A stretch of DNA of 64,000 nucleotides from assembly GCA_964035545.1 (NCBI GenBank), contig OZ037771.1:7535190-7599189 (forward strand), read 5' to 3'. Below the pieces are notes generated by a model, which saw nothing but the letters and a program-made list of their open reading frames with translations, made no database searches and was not told where the DNA came from. The translations under genes and the position numbers were made by a program. Shown here piece by piece: positions 46,001 to 57,400 of the stretch (position 1 is its first letter; each line of letters starts with the position of its first letter). The stretch comes from Bugula neritina (taxonomy: Eukaryota > Animalia > Bryozoa).

Positions 46001-48458
46001 TATTAATACTCAATAGTATTGATCGTAATCAATGATTCAAAATAAGTCAATAAGCTAATATAAATACACTAAGAATACATTTTTATCATGCTGATGTTGT
46101 TCCTATCAACAAACAGCAATATTATTGGGTAGAAATGCAATAACTTTTCACGGAGGAGATAACTCCCGTTTTATGTTTTTTATTTGTCATGGTTGGGAAA
46201 GATGTTATATAGTTCAGAGCGTAACGAAAATCGGAGAGCATTATTAGAACACAATAGAGTATTTTCATACCAAAAATCAACATTCTAAATGCTAGAACAG
46301 AAAAGTAGCAGTTTAGAGAATATCCGGTATATGCAAAAAAGTAGTTTGTCATATTATAGGCTCCGCCCACTTTTTTATTTTTGGTCAAAACTTTTGTTAG
46401 AGAAAGTTTCATATGTGTACAACATTCCTTGAAAATATTTTTAATGTCAAACTTAAACTACTCAGAAAATTAAATATTTAGAGTTCCATAGTCCCCCCTT
46501 GAAAAATGCTGAACCCCTGTATATCCACCCCTCTCACGAGAGAACCCCCCCAGATACAAAAAAGGTACTCGCAGATCTGAGGTCAGTAGAATGTTGGCTT
46601 TGCAGTGATATATAGCAACAAAGGTTAGTATTGATGTGCTCCACCCGCCCATTTTTGCATGTTGGCACCCCCACTAAGCTGCTACCTGCTCTTTTTATTC
46701 TATTTGTTACTAATTTTCAATTGAATAATGGATTTGCCGTTTGAAAATTTTGGATTGTAAAGCTTTGAGAAATTGAACCCGTGACATTTCGATAATGAAA
46801 TTGGAAAACACCTATTTGGAGAATGGGCAAGTACCAAATAGACAATTGGAAAATAGACAATTGGAAAATAGAGAATATTCAACCTGGCCTAATCCAGAGG
46901 GGGCGTTTAGTATCTGGTCAGGTTCATAAAAGCTTTTTGTAAATGTGAACAAGTTTGAATTAGAACTACTCCCTAACTAAATCTACTTCTATGATAGCCT
47001 AACTGATACGGCCATTATATTTTAGAATTGACCAGATACCGGAGAGCCCCTTAGGACTAGACCATGTTGAATATTTTTCATTTTCCAAATGTCTATTTTC
47101 GATTTGCCCATTTTCTAAAAGTCCATTTTCCAAATAGTTGTTTTCCTATTGTCATTTTCAAAATCTCCTGTCACCATAAAATTATACCAATCCTAAAAAT
47201 GATGCAAGAAATATTCGTTTCTTTCGGTGGACAAAATTCTTACTTTCAAAGCAGGAGTGAAGGATTAGAAGGTCGTCAACATCAAAGTTCCTCTGTCCAG
47301 TTGAAGTCTCAGCTTCCTGTTGATGAGTTCTGAGAGCAGAAAGTTCTGGTGAGGAGGAGTTGGTACTCTGTTGAATATTCTGCTCAGTTTGACTGACTGA
47401 GTTACCTGATTGATTAGTAACACATGAGATATACCAACCAGTATTCTATGTATATGTATGAAGACTAGAGTATCATATAATAAAGTATTACAATAGTATA
47501 ATATATTCTTACTCGTATCATATCTACACTCACCAACTCTGCACGCCTGAATAACCACAACTTTAGGCTTGCCGGCCATGTTGGGAAAATTTGTAGAGTT
47601 AATGAGACTGTAGATCTGTGTTAGATAGACTGGCTGTGAGTCAACTCCATGAATCATTCCATTAGCTCCGTGTGCAAACAGAAACAGGAAGAACATACCA
47701 TAAGTGTTATGAATCTCATCTCTTGTCTCTGATTGAATACACTGGAGTATCTCCTGTATATGAATATAACACAACACACACAGTATACAAACTCAATGTG
47801 AGAGAGTCTATTCTATGAACAGGACTGACCAGCTCTAATAAACATACATTTCTATTCAGTACAGAGAGAATACAAGTAAAGACAACTCCTGGGACTACAT
47901 TTATATATTCAGTGTGAGTGTTAGGAGAGGGGAGAATTATTTTCTTCAATAATTGCAGCTCAGACACAGAATGAAGCAAACATACAAACATAGGGGGAGG
48001 AGGGGGGTGCGACCCAACCATCTGCCAACATCTTTTATTTCAACAACTGCTATCCATATATAGAGGCAACCAAGCATATTTGTCACATCTCATACTAGCC
48101 TCTAGGAAGTTAGCTCCGTGAAGCAAAAGTTAGCCCCAAAGCGAAGAGTTTGCATTTCTCTACTTTAATAACTGATTCAATAGACAAGTCTACAGGCTAT
48201 TATAACATTGAAGTGAGACATTAACCACTAATAACTAGTCACACTACGTGATAAGAAGAGGGAGACAACTACAAGTAAATAGAAATATACCTCAGCTGTG
48301 AGATCCTTCTGCTTCACAACCTCAAATCCCATCTTCCTGAACAGAGCAAATGTGTTGTCAACATCATAACTAGAGCCAAGTCTCTCTCCTACATTTCTAT
48401 ACTTGTTGTTGTTTATAATCAGAGCTCTTCCTCTGAATGGACTCGTCATCTTGTATAT
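40097..48458 (-). CDS. Caspase (p20+p10) portion of the fusion gene: five exons, with the Academ element in the intron before the last two
   Basis: p20: YKMTSPFRGRALIINN...FLFAHG...IQACRV. p10: DDLLILHSCFE|NSASMRFHDSGSLLIRTL...DLADLFDI|VKHRV...QTPVVINTLTGRRKIYLFP. Confidence 0.9.
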
Positions 48459-51400
48459 CTGTAGATACAGACTATGTAATTAGTTTAGTACTTATTCATA
48501 TCATATTATAAGCAACCGTAGAATGATGAGTTAAAAATCATCCATGAGTAGACTAATATGGTTTCGGACATATTTTGTGGCTTTAACACAGCTGCTAGCC
48601 CAAACAGAACTAGGAAAACTGAAAGTACAGGGTAGCAGTTTGTTTCATAGAAAAACAACACCTCACTCACACTTACCATACCTTAGCCCGTAACAGCAAA
48701 CATCAGTCATTTTTACAAATGTCTGAGCTTCCTGTACGGCATTGCAGTACGTTGAGATCAAGCACTACTCGATTCAAAAATGTTGCGGCGGACTTCTATT
48801 GGACCGAAAAATTTTGCGTCAACTCATTGGATATAATTGTCCAATGAAGTGTCACCTAATAGCCAACTTTGAAAACTTCAGACCGGATGCATTAAAAATG
48901 GCTGATATTTTACATTACGGCCTACGGTACGGTAAGTGTGAATGAGGGGTAAATCAATCACAAGACTGTTAAAGGCAGGTTATTTCAAACTTGAAGTAAA
49001 GTTGGTTATTTATAGCGTTAAAAAGAAGGTAAAATATTTTTATAGCTAAGACAGTTGATAAGTAGATGAAAATAGAAAAACAGAGAGGAGAGCCAAGGCT
49101 ATTCGTAGATAACAAAGAGGAGAGCCAAGGCTATACAGAGATAACAGAGAGGAGAGCCAAGGCTATACAGAGATAACAGAGAGGAGAGCCAAGGCTACAC
49201 AGAGATAACAGAAAGGAGAGCCAAGGTTATACAGAGATAACAGAAAGGAGAGCCAAGGCTAGACATAGATAACAGAGAGGAAAGCCAAGGCTATACAGAG
49301 ATAACAGAGAGGAGGGCCAAGGCTATACAGAGATAACAGAGAGGAGGGCCAAGGCTATACAGAGATAACAGAAAGGAGACCCAAGGCTATACAGAGATAA
49401 CGGAGAGGAGAGCCAAGGCTATACAGAGATAACAGAGAGGAGAGCCAAGGCTATACAGAGATAACAGAGAGGAGAGCCAAGGCTATAGAATATTCAACAT
49501 GACATACAAACCTTTGAAGTGTTGATGAAGAGAGACTTGATACTCTGATTAGTAGTAGGAACTAGTGTCAACTTGGTAAGATCTTCTGAAGTGGAGGTAG
49601 GACCTTCTTCTTCATCCGAAACATCACTCAGTACATCATCAGTACCAACAGTATGAGTAGCAGCTCCACTGTGTCCAATATTATCTATATGTACAGGAAA
49701 CATCACATAAACAGCTCAGAGAAATGTAATGAAACCAACAACCTACAGGAACAACTTCAACTGTCAATAACAAACATGGAGAATCAGAAAGGAAGAAAGT
49801 TATTCCTAATCAATTCTCTAGAAGTAAGTTTAATTCATGATACCTGGTGGCTTGTAGTTGGTCTTCACAAAGTCATTCAGTTTCTGCAGCTCATCTCCAG
49901 AAAGCTGGAAAGCTGCAATAGAAGTATGAATTATGGAGGTTGCTATTACTTGAACAGTACATCACCATCTGAATATGCTATAAATAACCTAAGAGAAGAT
50001 AATCATACTAACTCGGGTGTAAGAAACAAGCTGGGACATCTCTGTATGTTCCACATCTACCAGGTGATGAATCTGAAGTCATGGGAAGGGATTCACCATC
50101 TTTTGGAGGTCGACACCAGGGTGGGTTAATGAACCTCTTTGGACGCTTTTCTCCAACCAATGGGCAGTGAGCACACAAGTTGACACAGGTGATTTTACTT
50201 GCTCTCCATGTGGAGTTGACGTACTTTACGGTTGAATGAACTGAAGTGGTCAACATCTTCCATGCATTACCTATCTGTCGACAAGCAGACGTTACAGAGA
50301 TAGTGAGTTTACGAGATTTGTGGTCATGCAGCAACTGCAGGGTGTAAGCTTCGTCTCTCAGCTCCACTCCATTCTTTCTTACAGCTTTTTCACTACAATC
50401 CTGGAGATCATTGAGAAGTTTCACAGAAACCTGGTGGTAGACGTACTGAGGGGGAGTCAAGCCACCAAACAACATGTCTACTGACAGTTTTACGGGTTGC
50501 CTCTTGGAGGCAGTCAAGTCAGTGAAATACTCCTGTGAGAAGTACGGCATAGTGTAACTTAGTTTCTGGGATGAATCCTTCATCTCGAATAACAATTGGA
50601 AAGATTGTAGCAATGCGACTGCCACCTTCATCTTGTCACTCGTGGTGAAGCTGGTCTCTGCTATCAGAAGATGCTGAAACAGCTTCTCACTCATTCTGCC
50701 AGTTCGAACAAACTCTTGAGCCAAATTATTAAACTCTGTTTCATTTTCTATCAACGGATTGTCAAGTGAATCCTCTTCGATCGCTGACCGTCGATTGCTC
50801 CACACTTCCTTCTCGTGAGTGAAGAATACGTGGAGCAGCTTTGTGACCACAGAGATGTCGTAGAATACCAGAGACTGCAAACTCTCCCTATCCTGGTACC
50901 AAATGAGATGGCCGCTGTTATGCATGTACGACAGAATCACTCTCAGCTGGTCTTCATTTGCCAACTCGCATTCAATGACATGTTGAAGCACTTCTGGAAA
51001 TGTCTTGTAACTTCCATGGAAGGAGTTGAATGTTTGAGCAACTTTTCTCCACAGAGTAGGCACCTTCTTCACGACTAGTTTACTGTCAGATATGATATGA
51101 CTTCTCAGCTCATCAAACACCTCTTCATATTCATCACCCACAACATATATATCTTGTTCTTGAAACATCTCTTGGCGCTGAAAATGAGAAATTCCTGTGA
51201 AAAAAGAGCTGGAATAATTCTCTTTAGAATTTTCTTCTAGTTGCAACAAATTGAATACACTTTTGGTGTGGAAAAAGAACAGCCTTTTTAGCTCTTCAAA
51301 TCCATCTGCACTGTAAGCATCTCGGTGAGTGAAAACTAGTTTGGGTGCTCTGAGCCTAGGATTGGCCAGGTACAGATGTGAGAGCCAATCAAAATATGTG

Positions 51401-54400
51401 CATCGAACTGCTTCATTACCATTCACTTCTAAACAAAGCTCTTCAAACTCCTTTAGATTCACAACCACAAAAGGAATACAGTTCTGTTTCAATGTGAACT
51501 GGTAGGTAGATTGGTAGATTTCATTGCCACCAAAATCTATGAACTGAAGAACATTGTCACCAACCACTAACTTTTCCATATTGAAGACACGAGTTGTTTC
51601 ATCTTCCACTGCATCAGCCGCTCTATTGGTTAGTTCCCTTTTGCCATCTGATCTTACCAGCGTTTTTACTAGGCTGGTTTTCCCAGACAAAGACCTACCC
51701 ACTAGAGCAACAGCAGCTTCAGATACTTCTACATGACCACCAGACCTAAGATCTTTATAATACTGTCTGATAGCATGTAGTCCGTTTACACACACAGCAT
51801 AAGGTGGAGATGTGAGTGATTCACACCAGGGGCAGTACAGTTCAGTCAGATTAGGCATGTTGAGAAGTTGAGGAGTTAAAGATGTCATCTGAAAGTTGCC
51901 TGACAAGTTTAGGTGTTGGAGATTCTTGAGTTGACCGACACTACCAAGTAGGCATATAATATTACTTTAGTATTATCCTATATCAAATGTATTATGCTTA
52001 AAAGTAAAACTTGATTAAATACATAATAGGTAAGATCTAACATAGCCTGAGAGATAAATAGTGTTTGACAGCACAACTGTTGTAAATGACTAGAACACAG
52101 GCCAAACTGAAAATATAGACTATAATGATTATATTTTGACTCAACAGTACAACCATTACAGTGAAAAAATTGAGTATAGATTTTCAACTTGCAAATTTTA
52201 TTACATTAAAAAAATTTTAATCTACAATACAATTGCAATATATGGAAATTGTATTATTTCAAAACTATTGCAGTCATACGCAAAAGATTCCACACCCCCA
52301 TGCACTTTTTGCAGCTTTGATAAATGGCTAAACAGGATTTTCAATTTCTCAATACTCTAAAAGACTTAAAATAATGCCAAACTGTTGCATATGGTGTTGT
52401 GTGTTGTCTTCTAATCTAACTAAACAAGTTTAAATAATTTTAAATAATATTTTGAAGTAGTAAGTATCTAACATAGCCTGAGAGATAAATAGTGTTTGAC
52501 AGCCCAACGTGGCAAATGACTAGAACACAGGCCAAACTGAAAATATAGACTATAATGATTGTTTGACTCAACAGTACAACCATTACAGTGAAAAAATTGA
52601 GTGTAGATTTAAAATTTGCAGATGTTATTAAATTTGAAAACTTTGGATCTGCTATAATACAATTGCAATATATAGACATTGTATTACTGGAAAATTATTA
52701 CAGCCATGCGTAAAAATATTGACACCCTCATATATTTTTTGAAGCTTTTATAAATAGCTAAACAGGACTTTCAATCTCTTAATATTTCAAAAAATTTGAA
52801 GTAATACCAAACTGTTGCATATGGTCTTGTATGTTGTCTACTAATCTAACTAAATATATTTAAATAATTTTAAATAGATAAACTACATTTGTTCTAAGAA
52901 GCTCGAAAGCTGAAGTAAATTTTGAAATGTTGTTTACCCATTTAGGCTCATTTTTGCCTCCATACCATTGTACATACAAGGCAAAGTACTGTATTGTGAA
53001 TAAATATTTACAAAGTTTCAACCTTGGGAACAAGCGTTGTGCAACTTGAAATGTAACTGTACTACAGACTGAGTAAGCAGTAATGACATAATATACCTAA
53101 CAAAGCTACTATTTTTCTAAACTCAAACTTCACTTAATTATGGTGAGTGGTGGAAGACAAAATTTTAGCAGGCAGCAGCTATCAAACTAAGAAGTACTAA
53201 AAGAAAAAGCAACTGGGTTTGGTTTTGCAACATTACAGGAAACTGGGGAGTGATTTATGGAATGTCATGACATTGGTGGTTTCATACTTCAAATTGGCTC
53301 ATGAAAATTACTACTCCATGGCAAGAACTGGTGAAATATAAATTTCTGAAGGATAAATTCATGCTGCCAGCTGCGTGGAGATTATGCAGAAAAAAGCAAC
53401 TTTACAGAAAGTAGAAAAAAACTTACTTTCTACCATACTTTCCTAGTAAAAGAGAGAAAATTCAATTACTAGAGTGGCCCATGCAAAAGCCCAAAAGAAT
53501 ATTTTTATAGACAATACAAAGAAGAGTAGCTGCGATAAAACCAACTGAAATGGTCAATTTAGCTAGAACTGTCATCAATGCATGGTACAGGATGTGAGAT
53601 AAATCACAAAATCAGCTGTGTTAGTGGAGAATATGTCAGCCTGCTGTCTAGCAGTCATTGGTGCTAATAGTTACTCACTCACACTGAAACACTGATATGT
53701 TATGTGCAAGAACCTCTTCACACACAATTAACATCTCATTCTACATTCTTCTTCATTTTGCTAACCAAATGAAGAGAAAATTTCAAATCCCCGCACAATT
53801 ATGTTTCAGTGCAAAAATTTTCTAGAGTTGTAGCTCAGTCAATAAATTGCATTTTATATATATATTTAAATTTTTGCAGCATGAAAAATTTCAGAAGTTG
53901 CAAACAAAGAAGTAAACTGGTAAGCAATTTGGGGGTGTCAAAACTTTTACGCATGACCAAATAACATATTGCAAGCTACAATCATATTTATTCAAAGTTA
54001 TTATTATCTATAGTTTATATAAAAAAGATGATCACATATGATATCTTATATGTGTACATAATAGAAGAACATATATAACTAATATAACTCACCTGTCTGA
54101 TAATGTATGTAAGTCACAGCTCCTTAGATTTAACTCTGTAAGTGACTCCATCTTTGGTATCACCTCAGGTAATGTTCCTAACTTATTCTCAGACACTTCT
54201 AATGTGTGTAGATGTGTGAGTTGAGAGAGACTGTAATATACATACAACATACCATGAATATAATTATACAAGTTACAGAAATATTATGTTAAACATACTG
54301 TGAGTTTATTCTAAACTGTTGCTTTGTAAGTATGGATTGTCAGTTAATTGTGTGCAGTAAGGATAGCCAAAAGAGAATAGGCAGTTTCAACATGTGGTAA

Positions 54401-57400
54401 ATATATAGAAAGAATCCTGGTTGCGCAATGCTGACATCCTGTAGTTTGTAATGGAAAGTAAAAAGTATTCAAAAGATGGAAAACCTCTAGGTGTGGTGAC
54501 TATGAAGAGAAGGGAAAGATCACAGAGAAAGTATACGGAGAGAAGAAAAAACAGACAACAAATAAAATTGTAACAGCCAAAGAGAAGGCATATGAGACAG
54601 TCTATGAATACTTACAAGAGATCGAAGCAAAGAAACTATACACCTATATACCTATAAGAACCTATATATACCTAGATACAAGTTGGCCAAAACAAGAAAA
54701 AGACGATTATTGGATATTAATAGAATGAAATTGTGACTATAATCCATCAGAATGGTGACAGCATAAATGAGAATGTTGAGACACATCTTTAGGATAATTT
54801 ATGAGGAGCATATGGAAAATGATGTGATTAGATAACAGGTTGGAGTGATATGAATGTCTATAAACATGAGGAAAAACGTCTGCAGTGGTATTGCCATGTT
54901 TGCAGCAAAGATGATGATATTAGCTTCAACTCCAATGGATTAGAATCAATGGTATAATGGATATGAAGAATCTGACAAATTGAAACATACAATATAATCT
55001 AACAAGAAATGAGGGTGGTCTAGGCCAGTGGCTCCCAACTTTTTTCTACTATTCCCCCATTTAATAAATGTTGACTACCGTATTAATTCCCCCCCCCCCT
55101 TTCGTAAAGCAAAAAAAGTTTCATGACTGACATAATGATAATATAGAATACAATACAATATTGTTTGTTCTATTAAAATATAATTATAATAGTAGTTATA
55201 TTATCGTCATTATTATGTTATGCATGTATAGAACAAGGAGCAGTTCAATTTATAATGATTCTTTTGTGCCAGCTTGCATAAGTCTGCATTGCTGTTTTTG
55301 GCTATGCCCATCTTAATTCACTCTGCAGATTAGGGCAGTTTCTCTTCTCTTTGAATTAATGGGAATCCTATCTCACTTGGAAAGATGGCGCTGGGTGGCA
55401 CCAAAATTCTACTTTGTCAGCTATGTGTGGGGAGAGTTTGCTTGTTAAAACCCAAAATGATTTTAGGTGAAAATGGGCACAAATGGAGAAGTAGGTAAGA
55501 CTGGCACACTGATGGTAAATTGTCCCAAACCCCCACCCCGGCTATCAAAAATTAACCCCAAACCAAAACCTCCACCTTGTATTCAAACCCAAAATCCTCA
55601 CCTCAAATCCGACCCCCAAACGCTCACCCCAATATTGAAAATGGTGCAGGTAGTAGTGAAACAAATGGAAAATTGGGTAAAAATGGCACATTTTTAATAT
55701 TAAAGTTGAAGATTTGGGATTGGGGGTTCAATATGGAGGGTTTCGGGTTCAGCATGGGGGGTTTGAGAAAATTTAACACCAGTGTGCCAGTTTTACTTAA
55801 AATCAGAACAGGTTCTTTTCCTAAAACAGTTCACGGAGTGTGGGGAAAGACACCATATTTTTGATAGACGCCACAACTTTAGTGTAACTTTGAAAACATT
55901 GATACTGCAATGCAAAGCAATGATAAGATTATTTATAGAGATTGGCTTGCTTAATGTTGGCCTATTGGTTTTTGCAAACTTTTTGACATCGATTTAAAGT
56001 AGTTCAGAGAACAATCAGGGTAGAGTAATTAATAAACACTTTCATGTTGAAGTGAACTGAGATTGCAGAATATGGTTTGGTTAAATAGATTAACTAAGAG
56101 GAAGGTTTATAGATATGCATGTACATGTAACATGCAGGAGCTTAAAAAAGCCTTCAATAAACTGCGTGAATTTCTTAAAAACTAAATCCCCCCTAAAAAG
56201 CCCAAACTCCCCTCTAGGGGAGAATTCCCTCCAGCCTGGGAACCACTGGTTTAGGCAAAAAGGGTGGGAGGTTTGTTTAAGAATAATATCCACTTTATTA
56301 CTAGAGAGTTGGTATGCTGGGACTACTAGTATCAGTTCTGTTACACTTTATTATATGTTTATATAATAGTAGAACACATATAACTATTATGACTCACCTG
56401 TCTGGTAATATATGTAAGTCACAGCCCCATAGATGTAACTCTGTAAGTGACTCCATCTTTGGTATCACCTCAGGTAATGTTCCTAACTTATTACCAGACA
56501 CATCTAATGTATGTAGATGTGTGAGTTGAGAGAGACTGTAATATACATACAACAAACCATGACTATATTTATACAAGTCACAGGAATATTATATGGTAGA
56601 TATGCAGTGAATCTAAACTATTATTGCCTTGCTAGTATGAATTGGGTAAGTTATTTGCATTTAAGAATAATATCCATATTATCACTAGAGAGTTGGTATG
56701 CTGAGACTACTAGTATCAATCATATTATACTTTATTATATGTTTACATAATAGTAAAACATATATAATATAACAAATATATCTCACCTGTCTGGTAATGT
56801 ATGTAAGTCACAGCACTCTAGACGTAACTCTGTAAGTGACTCCATCTTTGGTATCACCTCAGGTAATGTTCCTAACTTATTACTAGACACAACTAATGTG
56901 TGTAGATGTGTGAGTTGGGAGAGACTGTAATATACATACAATATTAGTAATTAGCATGAGATGAAAACCATTTATCAAAGAATGGACTAAAGAGTTGGAA
57001 TAAGTTTATAACTCAATAGCAGTTGTAACAATATCAAGTGAGCAAAACATTGCAGAGCGTTTCTACTCTCCGTGAGTGGCTAGTGCTGCGGAAAAAGTGA
57101 CCTTTGACCAGTAAACGAAGGTTGACAGATGCCATGGCAATAAGATAGCGATTGAAGAGAATGAGAGAAGACAATTTCCTGGACTAAGTATAAAGTGATT
57201 GGCAGGTATTATCATACAACCAGGGGATACAATTGGAATAATAATGAAGGTAGTTATTATTTCAGAGTGAATCTAGAAGCATTATAACTCATCTCCTCCC
57301 CAGCAGGTTCAGCTCAAACTAATATAATTCTATTTAAGTACAATAATGGAAACATTTCTATACTTTTCAATTTCAATTCTTTACTGGTCTTAATGAATTT

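Noticed and set aside
41485-46679. CACTA/EnSpm or Tc1-mariner (TA target) classification of the large element
   Set aside because: The CACTA motif is in the wrong orientation (the element starts TAGTG and ends CACTA). The protein has XPG-like and Cys-cluster regions that fit Academ, and a 3-bp AGC duplication is present.
40097-48458. Caspase as an independent gene downstream of a Roco gene
   Set aside because: Disfavoured because donor and acceptor sites and phases link COR to the caspase through two open bridging exons, and no prodomain is evident. Not formally excluded without transcript data.
49078-49488. CRISPR-like array of 32-bp repeats
   Set aside because: Units are head-to-tail without unique spacers, lie in a eukaryotic intron, and no cas genes are present.
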